Virus record (IMG/VR): IMGVR_UViG_2740892230_000035
Source: a virus
Taxonomy: Duplodnaviria > Heunggongvirae > Uroviricota > Caudoviricetes
DNA: 11,867 nucleotides
Direction: 5' to 3' (one strand)
Positions 1 through 7,280 of the stretch are shown one piece after another. The notes beneath the pieces are model-generated. The model saw only the letters and a list, made by a program, of their open reading frames with translations. It was not told the DNA's origin and made no database searches. The translations under genes and the position numbers were made by a program. The stretch's first letter is position 1. Each line of letters opens with the position of its first letter.

Positions 1-334
1 ATGTCCCACGCTGTGGACGGTACTTACATTAAGGCACAACAGGACAAAATGGTCAATTCTTCGTTATGTAAAAAAGCGTCAGTGGATACATATTTTAATG
101 TTATGGAAGTTAATTTAATTATTTACAATGATGATGTAATAATGATGAATTAACATGATAAACGTAATAATTCATTAATCAGGGTTATTTTGTTTGATAT
201 ATATCAATTGGAACTTTCATATGACACTTAGAATCAATGCTCTCTATAGTGATGAATAATCATCATTCGAAGTCAGGTGGGATGCCTGTCTGAATACACC
301 TCCTTCAGGATGTGGGGGATTCTGCTGAGCATCT

Positions 335-676
335 ATGAAACTGAATGCAACTTATCTAAAAATACGTGATAAATGGTGGGGGCTTCCGCTGTTCCTGCCT
401 TCTTTAATCTTGCCCATTTTCGCCCACATTAATACTTTCGCGCATATTTCTTCCGGTGAGGTTTTTCTCTTTTATCTGCCTTTGGCACTGATGATCAGCA
501 TGATGATGTTTTTCAGCTGGGCGGCATTGCCAGGGATCACCTTAGGGATTTTTGTCCGCAAATATGCAGAGCTGGGTTTTTACGAAACGCTCTCATTAAC
601 GGCTAATTTTATTATCATTATCATTCTCTGTTGGGGCGGTTACAGGGTCTNNNNNNNNNNAACAGCTAACTCATAG
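335..676 (+). CDS. Putative multi-pass membrane protein (unrecognised family); 3' end interrupted by the 10-nt N-run at 651-660
   Basis: ORF with long hydrophobic stretches (LPLFLPSLILPIFA, FLFYLPLALMISMMMFFSWAALPGITLGIF, FIIIIILCWGG) followed by a terminator hairpin. True length is uncertain because of the gap. Confidence 0.4.
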   Translation: MKLNATYLKIRDKWWGLPLFLPSLILPIFAHINTFAHISSGEVFLFYLPLALMISMMMFFSWAALPGITLGIFVRKYAELGFYETLSLTANFIIIIILCWGGYRVXXXXTANS

Positions 677-704
677 CAAGTCATTCCTATTCAGATACTA
701 ACTC

Positions 705-737
705 AACCCTCTGTTTTTACAGAGGGTTTTTGTTTTT
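705..737 (+). terminator. Rho-independent terminator downstream of the membrane-protein ORF
   Basis: Inverted repeat CCCTCTG (707-713) / CAGAGGG (720-726) followed by TTTTTGTTTTT. Confidence 0.6.
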
Positions 738-793
738 ATGTATTCATTTCTATTCACTCTACACCATATTTTTCGGCGGTACAGGTGACGGTA

Positions 794-808
794 TTACCTT
801 AAAGGTAT
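794..808. promoter_or_regulatory. Operator-like dyad TTACCTTAAAGGTAT upstream of int, overlapping a candidate -10 (TATACT 806-811)
   Basis: Matches the TTACC-N5-GGTAA motif family; shares the 12-mer ACCTTAAAGGTA with the site at 6975-6989. Flanked by the 8-bp inverted repeat GACGGTAT (788-795) / ATACCGTC (815-822). Confidence 0.45.
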
Positions 809-850
809 ACTCTCATACCGTCATGAAAATGGTTTCTATACGGGTGAATT

Positions 851-2098
851 GTGCTTACCGATACAAAATTAAAAAACCTCAAGCCGCAGGACAAACTGTA
901 CAAGGTCTCCGATCGTGACGGGCTGTATGTAGCTGTGCTTACGTCAGGCACGGTCTCGTTTCGCTATGACTACCGTATCAACGGTCGCCGCGAAACACTG
1001 GTAATCGGGCAGTATGGGCGTGACGGTATCAGCCTGGCAGAAGCGCGAGAAGAACTGATTGCTGCAAAGAAGCTGCTTAAAGCAGGCCAGTCACCGGCTG
1101 CGGCTAAACGTGACGGTATCAAAAAGATTCGTGGTGCCGAGACGTTTGCGGTACATACCGACAGTTATATGAAACATGTCATCCTGGCTGACAGTACCCG
1201 CGCAATGAAGCAGGCGGTGATCGACCGTGACATACTTCCGGTTCTTGGCAACAAAATGATGACTGAAATTACCACATCGATGGTTCGTGATTTGTGTGAC
1301 CGGATTGTCGAACGCGGTGGTCGGGCAACAGCAGTGCAGGCCAGGGAGATCATCAGCAGCGTATACCGTCACGCCAATGACCGTGGTCATGGTTTGTTTA
1401 ATCCTGCGGCTGACATTAAACCTTCGTCTATCGCCATATTTAAACCACGAGAGCGAACACTGACACCAGAAGAAATTGGCCTGTTCTTCCGCACGCTGGA
1501 TGCCATTGGTGCTATGGGCACTATGAAAATGGCTTTAAAGCTGGTGCTTATCACTATGGTTCGTAAAGGCGAATTCACCAATGCAACGTGGGACGAAATA
1601 GATTTTAAAAAATGGACATGGACAATTCCTTCAGACCGCATGAAGGGAAGCCGGGCGCATGTTATTTACCTGCCTAAACAGGCACAGGATATATTGGTCG
1701 GGTTGCAGATGTACGCTGGTGGAAGTGAATATCTGGTTCCTGGTCGTTACAACTTCCGGAAGCCATTATCTAATGCCGCGCTGAACTCTCTGATCGACAG
1801 AACGGTGAAAATAATAAATGAAGATGGTGAGCATATTCAGGACTTCACCGTACATGATATGCGCCGTACAGCCAGTACGTTGTTGCATGAGGCTGGTTAT
1901 CCTTCAGACTGGATTGAAAAGGCTCTGGCACATGAGCAGAAAGGTGTGCGCGCCGTATATAACAAAGCGGAATACGCCAGACAGCGCGCCTACATGTTGC
2001 AGCAGTGGGCCGATATGATTGATTCCTGGATTGACGGGGAGCATACGGATCTGATTCCGTTCTCCCCGTCGAAGTTTGAGAAGTGGATGGCGGGATAA
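851..2098 (+). CDS. int: Phage tyrosine integrase, P4-type (site-specific recombinase)
   Basis: 415-aa ORF with GTG start. N-terminus MLTDTKLKNLKP...YKVSDRDGLY is typical of P4-family integrases. C-terminal catalytic signatures are visible (HDMRRTAST, ALAHEQKG, VYNKAEY), consistent with the R-H-R-Y active site. Confidence 0.92.
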   Translation: MLTDTKLKNLKPQDKLYKVSDRDGLYVAVLTSGTVSFRYDYRINGRRETLVIGQYGRDGISLAEAREELIAAKKLLKAGQSPAAAKRDGIKKIRGAETFAVHTDSYMKHVILADSTRAMKQAVIDRDILPVLGNKMMTEITTSMVRDLCDRIVERGGRATAVQAREIISSVYRHANDRGHGLFNPAADIKPSSIAIFKPRERTLTPEEIGLFFRTLDAIGAMGTMKMALKLVLITMVRKGEFTNATWDEIDFKKWTWTIPSDRMKGSRAHVIYLPKQAQDILVGLQMYAGGSEYLVPGRYNFRKPLSNAALNSLIDRTVKIINEDGEHIQDFTVHDMRRTASTLLHEAGYPSDWIEKALAHEQKGVRAVYNKAEYARQRAYMLQQWADMIDSWIDGEHTDLIPFSPSKFEKWMAG

Positions 2099-2104
2099 TA
2101 ACGT

Positions 2105-2299
2105 TTAATAGTTCTGCTGATTTTCTTCCATCTCGGCTTCTGCTGCCAGTGATTCAATTTTGTCTGCGAATATTGCTGACAGCGTTGCAAATTCAGCATC
2201 AGTGACAGCGGGAATTGGAACAAACCTGATCCCGCTGTGTGCAAGCATGTTTGCAGTTTCAAGGCATTTCCTTAAATCTGCTGGTGATGCCCTGTTCAT
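2105..2299 (-). CDS. Hypothetical small protein (64 aa) translationally coupled to the methyltransferase
   Basis: ATG at 2299..2297 overlaps the methyltransferase TGA stop (2298..2296) as ATGA. Product MNRASPADLRKCLETANMLAHSGIRF... No recognised family. Confidence 0.35.
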   Translation of the reverse strand: MNRASPADLRKCLETANMLAHSGIRFVPIPAVTDAEFATLSAIFADKIESLAAEAEMEENQQNY

Positions 2300-2946
2300 G
2301 CTGCACGCTCCCGCCCCTGGTTGTCTGTTGGTGACAGCGGAGCATTGCTGAATGCATTTGTTAATCCGGCAATATCCAACGCGTATCCAGGGTGTAGTTG
2401 CACTGCCGGGTCTTCGCACTGATTACCCCAAACATCGAAGCCATGAGACGTCTGGCGGGCGAATAGTTCAATGCGAGAAACATCGCCTAACAATTGCACA
2501 AGTTTTTCACGAACAATATCTGGTTTTCTTGAATGCTCAAGCCGCGGTGCGGTAAATGACTGAACGATCCCTGCATTAATGCGCGTAGGTAGTTTTCCCT
2601 TTACTGCAAACAGGCAATCTTCACTATTGGCGCGAGTCATGTGACCCATACCCATAACCAGTTTATCTGGTTGTCGACTACCACATTTTATCCACGTGAA
2701 TCCCTTCATGGTCATCAGACGGAATCCCCAGGCTTCAACAACTTTTAGTGCTTCGAGTGGTTGTGTTGGCACCCACCACATGGCCAACAGACAGTTTTCA
2801 TCGGCCAAATCCCACACAGGAAGGCGGCAGATATCCAGCACACTCATAACTGGATATTTAAAACCGGCACCGCGATTACCATCTGCGGCTTTGTCCCGGT
2901 ATGCCCAGGGTGGATCTGCATAGATTAGTGTGTATTTCTTAGTCAT
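2296..2946 (-). CDS. DNA N6-adenine methyltransferase, MT-A70 family (orphan, no cognate restriction enzyme seen)
   Basis: Product starts MTKKYTLIYADPPWAY; the DPPW motif is the catalytic motif IV of N6-adenine MTases. ATG at 2946 is preceded by GGGGTGG; a GTG at 2958 is an alternative start. Confidence 0.85.
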   Translation of the reverse strand: MTKKYTLIYADPPWAYRDKAADGNRGAGFKYPVMSVLDICRLPVWDLADENCLLAMWWVPTQPLEALKVVEAWGFRLMTMKGFTWIKCGSRQPDKLVMGMGHMTRANSEDCLFAVKGKLPTRINAGIVQSFTAPRLEHSRKPDIVREKLVQLLGDVSRIELFARQTSHGFDVWGNQCEDPAVQLHPGYALDIAGLTNAFSNAPLSPTDNQGRERAA

Positions 2947-3238
2947 AAACCACCCCACAACATCCTATGCCGCTATAGTCGCCACGGCGAAGGCCGTTAC
3001 CTTTTGTGATACATTGGTCCCTGCGAACCGCGATCCTTGCACGCTCAACATCACCAGAAGCAACATCCATACACTGAAGCCAAAGGTGAGCGGCAATGCG
3101 GAACTGCCCTTTTTTCTCTCTTTCAATCGCGCGTTTTTCGATCTCTATCGCCGCAGGAGTAACGGCGACAATCTTTGACGGACTGCGCATTGAAACCTTG
3201 TTCATGTGATATTTTTCAAGTCGGCTTAACTTTCTCAC
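2939..3238 (-). CDS. Hypothetical protein (99 aa), first gene of the methyltransferase cassette
   Basis: GTG start at 3238 preceded by AGAGGG. Stop codon (2941..2939) overlaps the methyltransferase start by 8 nt. No family recognised. Confidence 0.5.
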   Translation of the reverse strand: MRKLSRLEKYHMNKVSMRSPSKIVAVTPAAIEIEKRAIEREKKGQFRIAAHLWLQCMDVASGDVERARIAVRRDQCITKGNGLRRGDYSGIGCCGVVYD

Positions 3239-3347
3239 TTAATCCAACCCTCTCTGAAAATTAATGCCAGCAGATAAAGCCATGCTGAAACAGAGGCCAG
3301 GAATAAGTACCATCCTGACCATTTGCTCCAGTGCCTTAGCAGCGCAC

Positions 3348-3596
3348 TCATGCAGCGTTGCTCACAGGACGATATACACGTTGCTGAACAGGAGGTTTTT
3401 TACCCTGGAACTCTGCCGGGCTTGCTGCCTGACGTTCATCAAGCCAACGCTCAACTTCATCACGGTTCCATGCGCAGCGTTTATCGGTGATATACCAGCG
3501 TTTAGGAAATTCCCCTGCGCGCTCCATACGGTCGATAGTGCTCCATGACAGTGGCACCACCGCCAGGAGTTCCTTCTTACCTAATGCACCTTTCAT
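3348..3596 (-). CDS. AlpA-family excisionase / prophage transcriptional regulator (Xis-like)
   Basis: 82-aa product with LLAVVPLSWSTIDRMERAGEFPKRWYI...WNRDEVERWLDE, a winged-helix pattern typical of AlpA/Xis proteins. RBS GAGAGG 6 nt upstream of ATG. Confidence 0.8.
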   Translation of the reverse strand: MKGALGKKELLAVVPLSWSTIDRMERAGEFPKRWYITDKRCAWNRDEVERWLDERQAASPAEFQGKKPPVQQRVYRPVSNAA

Positions 3597-3645
3597 AAAT
3601 ACCTCTCTTGGTTGCAGTGCGGCGCGCGTGGCGCCGCGGTGGTGG

Positions 3646-4527
3646 TTACATAGATGTTTCGTTTAATTCTTCCCGACGAACGCTGTAAACGTCGGTGGCT
3701 TTTGCCAGCAGTTCGTCATCATCTGAAAGTTTTTGTGCAATGTATTTGTAAGCCTTATCCAGTTCGGAGACAGTGCTGTAATTCATCGCTGCGCTGGTAA
3801 AGGCCATCAGCATTTCTTCTGGCTCACGGCTATCCGCTTTACGCGTTTGCTCATCAGGCTTTTTCACTGATTTAGCGTTGATCAGACTGTTCATTCCCGC
3901 AGCCGTAGTCATTTGCGGAGTAATGTCTCGCTCAACGCGCGGTGCCGTTTCCTGTAATTCGTCAGGGGTGTAAACACCGAGAAGTACATCAGGAGCGTGC
4001 AGGCGAGCCCATCGTTTCGTGCAAAGATAGGCGAGCTGCTGGCGCGGATCCTGTTCCCACAATGGAGAGTTACGCACTCCGGCTTGCGCCATACTGATGG
4101 TAAGCTCACGTGGTTCTGCTTCTCCTTTAAGAACTGCTGACACAGTTACCGTCAGATTCGGTGATTTATCTGTTTTGCCGTTAACATTCGACCAGTCACC
4201 GCTCCAGCGATAATTCAGGCGTGTCGCCAGCAGGCTGGAAGAGGATACGACCGCGTTTACCAACTGTGCTTCGTAGCCTAACGTTCCGTTTACCACATGC
4301 GTTTTCTGCGCCACGGCGAACGGGTTCATTCCCCACTGTGCCGCCTGCATGGTCACCGCCAGGCAATCGGCAGGTTTGCCTTCAAGATGTTTCGGTACAG
4401 TCGCTTTGCTTTGTGACATCAACTCCGCGAAACGCACCAGTTGATTCATGCCCTCGGGGCTGAAGATTGCCGCAGCAGTGCCTACAGTTGCGCCTGGTTG
4501 TGATGTGATTGCGATATCATTGCTCAT
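3646..4527 (-). CDS. RecT/Bet-family single-strand annealing recombinase
   Basis: 293-aa product; GMNPFAVAQKTHVV...GYEAQL and the C-terminal ERDITP segment resemble lambda Bet/RecT as I recall them. ATG overlaps the upstream exonuclease stop as ATGA (4527..4524). Confidence 0.8.
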   Translation of the reverse strand: MSNDIAITSQPGATVGTAAAIFSPEGMNQLVRFAELMSQSKATVPKHLEGKPADCLAVTMQAAQWGMNPFAVAQKTHVVNGTLGYEAQLVNAVVSSSSLLATRLNYRWSGDWSNVNGKTDKSPNLTVTVSAVLKGEAEPRELTISMAQAGVRNSPLWEQDPRQQLAYLCTKRWARLHAPDVLLGVYTPDELQETAPRVERDITPQMTTAAGMNSLINAKSVKKPDEQTRKADSREPEEMLMAFTSAAMNYSTVSELDKAYKYIAQKLSDDDELLAKATDVYSVRREELNETSM

Positions 4528-5345
4528 ACATACATATCCTGTTTACGTGCCCAGTCAGGACGTTTAATAATTTCCACTCCGCCCCATTCATCGTTGATGC
4601 GGCATTCGTGATAGGTATTCAGATCCCGGCGGAACAGAGCGTGCCCGGCATCGACATCCGGCACATCCAGCTCGAACACGCGTACCGGATACCGACCACA
4701 ATCAATGCTTTCGCTCACGGCAAGAAAGAAAAAACCATGCGGCTGACCAGTAACCCTCATTGCGCCTTCGCGGTACATTGCGTCCTGCACGTGGTAGCGG
4801 AATTCCTCGATGTGACGTGCAAAACGCTCCATATCTGCAACCTTTTTCACGTCGACGATCACGTTGTGCTCGTTCAGCCATTTGTCTGGACGAATTCGGC
4901 ACAACTCACCAGTCTCTTCATCGTTCCAGTACATTGACGCTTCGCAGTAACCAGGTGCTTCCAGCATCCAGCGTGCCGCCGGGTGAGCCATTGCGCTATC
5001 ACGCATCAGCTCCAGTTTCCGCCACTGCTCGGCATCAAGTACCGTAATCCCCATATCCGCCACATCACGAAGAAATGCCTCTTCGTCAGCTTTACCTTGT
5101 TTCGTCCGACGATCGAATTTCGGTGAAACAATGAAGCGTTTGTCGAACTCTCCAGGCTCCAGAAGCAGACAGTGCAATGCGGTTCCCATATCCAGTGCAG
5201 ACTTTTTCTCTTCGTCTTCTGGTGCTGCCTGAACCCATTTAAGAAGCGCCGGATTCTTGGCAACCATGTCAAGTTGCGACTTACTCACGCCGTCACCGGC
5301 GTGGTAGTCTTCGTTGCTGATGTCGAAATAAATTCCCGGTTTCAT
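4524..5345 (-). CDS. RecE-like (exonuclease VIII catalytic domain type) PD-(D/E)XK exonuclease
   Basis: 273-aa product with N-terminus MKPGIYFDISNEDYHAGDGVSKSQL and a candidate active-site segment RIRPDKW...VIVDVKKV. Paired with the RecT-like gene. ATGA overlap with the upstream ORF at 5345..5342. Confidence 0.75.
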   Translation of the reverse strand: MKPGIYFDISNEDYHAGDGVSKSQLDMVAKNPALLKWVQAAPEDEEKKSALDMGTALHCLLLEPGEFDKRFIVSPKFDRRTKQGKADEEAFLRDVADMGITVLDAEQWRKLELMRDSAMAHPAARWMLEAPGYCEASMYWNDEETGELCRIRPDKWLNEHNVIVDVKKVADMERFARHIEEFRYHVQDAMYREGAMRVTGQPHGFFFLAVSESIDCGRYPVRVFELDVPDVDAGHALFRRDLNTYHECRINDEWGGVEIIKRPDWARKQDMYV

Positions 5346-5641
5346 GCCGCGTCCTTCTGTCCATCAAGCTGATCCGCCAGATCCCAGCGGGCGATAATTG
5401 CCATTGCCTCTCGCCGATAGGCATCCATCAGTTCTTCGAACTCAGGGCTGTCTTTAGCAGCCTCCAGTACTTCCTGACGAACGCCTTTGCCTGTTACAAC
5501 GTCGAAAGTTGAGGACAGTTGATGAAGTCGGATGCTCTCAATCAGTTCAACTTGTCGGTCATATAGCTGTTCTGACAGGCGGTAGTCCTTGTCGAATGCC
5601 AGCATGATTTTTTGAAGATTTTTCTGCTGATTAACGTTCAT
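5342..5641 (-). CDS. Hypothetical early protein (99 aa) upstream of the exonuclease
   Basis: ATG at 5641 preceded by GGAGGG (8-nt spacing). Product MNVNQQKNLQKIMLAFDKDYRLSEQLYDRQVELIES...; acidic C-terminus; no recognised family. Confidence 0.55.
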   Translation of the reverse strand: MNVNQQKNLQKIMLAFDKDYRLSEQLYDRQVELIESIRLHQLSSTFDVVTGKGVRQEVLEAAKDSPEFEELMDAYRREAMAIIARWDLADQLDGQKDAA

Positions 5642-5643
5642 TA

Positions 5644-5796
5644 TCAGCCCTCCCATATCTCGTTATCGTTGGCCACATCGCGAGCTTCTTTGCTGACGAA
5701 AGCCCACTTAATGCCTTCCTGTAAGGTGCGGAACTTCCAGCTCATGAATCCGCATGCAGTAACGCAGTACCAACCGTTGATGATTTTCCACTGCAT
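5644..5796 (-). CDS. Small hypothetical protein (50 aa), first ORF of the leftward early operon; below the supplied ORF-track length cutoff
   Basis: ATG at 5796..5794 with GAGG 9 nt upstream. Product MQWKIINGWYCVTACGFMSWKFRTLQEGIKWAFVSKEARDVANDNEIWEG. TGA stop sits 2 nt before the next ATG. Confidence 0.4.
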   Translation of the reverse strand: MQWKIINGWYCVTACGFMSWKFRTLQEGIKWAFVSKEARDVANDNEIWEG

Positions 5797-5815
5797 AACT
5801 TGTTACCTCGGCTTG

Positions 5816-5892
5816 TTACCGTTTAGGTAATGATTATGCGTATCTGGTTTGATGTCAATAGATATGAGTTAAAAAAATTACCTGTAAGGTAA
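5816..5892 (-). promoter_or_regulatory. Left operator/promoter region (OL/pL analogue): two 15-bp dyads flanking a candidate leftward promoter
   Basis: TTACCGTTTAGGTAA (5816-5830) and TTACCTGTAAGGTAA (5878-5892). On the minus strand a consensus TTGACA (-35; complement of 5854-5859) lies between them, with a CATAAT-like -10 at roughly 15-bp spacing. Confidence 0.55.
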
Positions 5893-5902
5893 TTGTGCGG
5901 GC

Positions 5903-5929
5903 AATAAAAAAGCCGCCATGAGGCGGCTT
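5903..5929 (-). terminator. Rho-independent terminator downstream of the repressor gene
   Basis: Minus-strand hairpin AAGCCGCC-TCAT-GGCGGCTT followed by TTTTTTATT; 21 nt after the repressor stop codon. Confidence 0.65.
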
Positions 5930-5949
5930 ACTTACTGAAAACTATAGTT

Positions 5950-6534
5950 TTATTGTTTGCTTTTTTCGTTCTGGCTGATGACAAATTCAATGTAACTTTC
6001 GATCTTTGCCTTCTCTGTTTCAGGTAACAATGCGTAGCGCGAGCGGTCATAGTTGATAGTTGCAGGGTCATGCGGGTGAATCAGTAGTTCATATCCGTGA
6101 CGCCCGAATGCTGATGCAACATTCTCCAGGGTGGAAATGGAAACGCTGACCTCATTGTTTAACAGGCGGCTAATTGTCACCTGGGCGACGCCGGATGCGC
6201 GGTGAAGTTTTCCCTGTGTTGAAAGGTCGCGGCTTTCGCTCATCCAGCGTTCCAGGTTGTGAGCCGCCAGCTGACCAATGTCGCTTGGTCCGACAGGCTG
6301 AACCCCCTCCTGAGAAAGCGAGCGATCGATATCAAGCCAGTTACGGGGTTTATTGGCGGCAGCTTCAATTTTTCGCGCAACCTGGTCGCCGATAACCTTC
6401 TTGCCAAGAGCCCAGCGGTTTACCAGATTTGCCTGAGTTCCAAGTTTTTCTGCCATCCGCGTCTGAACACCATTGAATTCACGGTCGATCAAGTCGTTGA
6501 GATTTTGCCTGCGGACGTCCTGGATACTTTTCAT
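5950..6534 (-). CDS. Prophage repressor (CI-like) with two HTH-like segments and no recognisable S24 autocleavage domain
   Basis: 194 aa. N-terminal HTH-like segment (QTRMAEKLGTQANLVNRWALGKK) and a second (LHRASGVAQVTISRLLNNE). Divergent from a Cro-like gene across an operator cluster. No obvious RBS; possibly leaderless or weakly initiated. Confidence 0.8.
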   Translation of the reverse strand: MKSIQDVRRQNLNDLIDREFNGVQTRMAEKLGTQANLVNRWALGKKVIGDQVARKIEAAANKPRNWLDIDRSLSQEGVQPVGPSDIGQLAAHNLERWMSESRDLSTQGKLHRASGVAQVTISRLLNNEVSVSISTLENVASAFGRHGYELLIHPHDPATINYDRSRYALLPETEKAKIESYIEFVISQNEKSKQ

Positions 6535-6589
6535 TTTCTGGAGAATCGCCTCATATATGAATCAGTAGATGATTCAATTTAAAGCAATA

Positions 6590-6652
6590 TTACCCAACAG
6601 GTAAATGCACCCCATAGGTAACTATCCTTGATTTTTGTTACCTTATGGGTGA
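6590..6652. promoter_or_regulatory. Right operator region (OR analogue) with three 15-bp dyad sites and divergent promoters
   Basis: TTACCCAACAGGTAA (6590-6604), GCACCCCATAGGTAA (6607-6621), TTACCTTATGGGTGA (6638-6652). Candidate rightward promoter: -35 TTGTTA (6635-6640), 17-bp spacer, -10 TATTAT (6658-6663), overlapped by the third site. Confidence 0.6.
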
Positions 6653-6688
6653 ATATTTATTATCTGAAATAAATATCAGGCAATAGCT

Positions 6689-6919
6689 ATGAGCGATAAC
6701 GGACATTTCGATTTCAAAAAGCACTGGCTTGCACTTACTCCGGATGAGCGTGAAGCCTTCGCACAGGAAGCCGGAACGACGAGTCACTATATCCAGACTC
6801 ACTTAACAGGTAAGCGCAAAATGCCAGGTAAAGTATTGATGAATGGGCTTTTTAAAGCCTGTAAAACAAGACAATGGCTGCGCTCAAAAGCAGAACTGGC
6901 ATACTTCTTCTACTCATGA
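6689..6919 (+). CDS. Cro-like small HTH DNA-binding regulator
   Basis: 76-aa ORF divergent from the repressor. HTH-like segment EAFAQEAGTTSHYIQTHLTGKRK. Followed by a terminator. Confidence 0.7.
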   Translation: MSDNGHFDFKKHWLALTPDEREAFAQEAGTTSHYIQTHLTGKRKMPGKVLMNGLFKACKTRQWLRSKAELAYFFYS

Positions 6920-6940
6920 TATCCAGCCACAAACCTCTGT

Positions 6941-6965
6941 AGACCGCCATCCGGCGGTCTTTTCA
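6941..6965 (+). terminator. Rho-independent terminator after the cro-like gene (tR1 analogue)
   Basis: Hairpin GACCGCC-ATCC-GGCGGTC followed by TTTT. Confidence 0.6.
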
Positions 6966-6974
6966 TATCTATTC

Positions 6975-6989
6975 GCACCTTAAAGGTAA
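6975..6989. promoter_or_regulatory. Operator-like dyad GCACCTTAAAGGTAA between the terminator and the replication genes
   Basis: Motif-family member; shares ACCTTAAAGGTA with the site upstream of int. A TTGATC -35-like hexamer lies at 7007-7012. Confidence 0.4.
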
Positions 6990-7067
6990 TAAAAAACCAA
7001 ATCTGGTTGATCAAATTTTCCAATTGTGCAAAATAGCCAATATCAATAACAAAAAGGGGCGGAAAAA

Positions 7068-7280
7068 TTGAAGATAGTAACCAGAATGGAGGCCGCAAAA
7101 GCCGGGTTAAATCGCTATTTCACAGGAAAGCGGTGCCGTCACGGCCATCTCTCTGAAAGGTATGTTCTGAACGGAACATGTGTTGAATGTGCAATGAATA
7201 GCGCCAACCGCCATCGTAATGAATTTGCTTGTGCACTAAAGAGTGCAAGAGGGGAAACCTATGGCAAGCAGCTGGATTAA
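7068..7280 (+). CDS. Small putative zinc-binding protein (C-x-H-x-H ... C-x2-C) in the position lambda cII occupies
   Basis: TTG start at 7068 with AGGGG 8 nt upstream (in-frame ATG alternative at 7086). Product contains GKRCRHGHLSERYVLNGTCVEC. Overlaps the next gene start by 20 nt. Confidence 0.5.
   Translation: MKIVTRMEAAKAGLNRYFTGKRCRHGHLSERYVLNGTCVECAMNSANRHRNEFACALKSARGETYGKQLD

Noticed and set aside
1-152. Open frame from base 1 (MSHAVDGTYIKAQQ...) ending at a TAA
   Set aside because: Runs into very AT-rich sequence with atypical codon composition. Cannot tell a true gene 3' end from chance at the window edge.
730-918. 62-aa plus-strand ORF overlapping the integrase start
   Set aside because: Overlaps the int promoter/operator region and the int N-terminus out of frame; low-complexity product. 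The integrase reading is much better supported.
1091-1641. Minus-strand ORFs (1091-1390, 1165-1353, 1387-1641) inside the integrase gene
   Set aside because: Antisense to a well-supported integrase ORF with clear catalytic motifs; no RBS and no family resemblance.
3392-3404. AGGAGGTTTTTTA on the plus strand, resembling an RBS or terminator tail
   Set aside because: Lies inside the minus-strand excisionase coding sequence, with no plus-strand ORF following.
4509-5372. Plus-strand ORFs (4509-4937, 4702-4902 minus, 4760-5047, 5172-5372) overlapping the RecE-like gene
   Set aside because: Antisense or out-of-frame shadows of the exonuclease gene; proline/arginine-rich low-complexity translations typical of off-frame reading.
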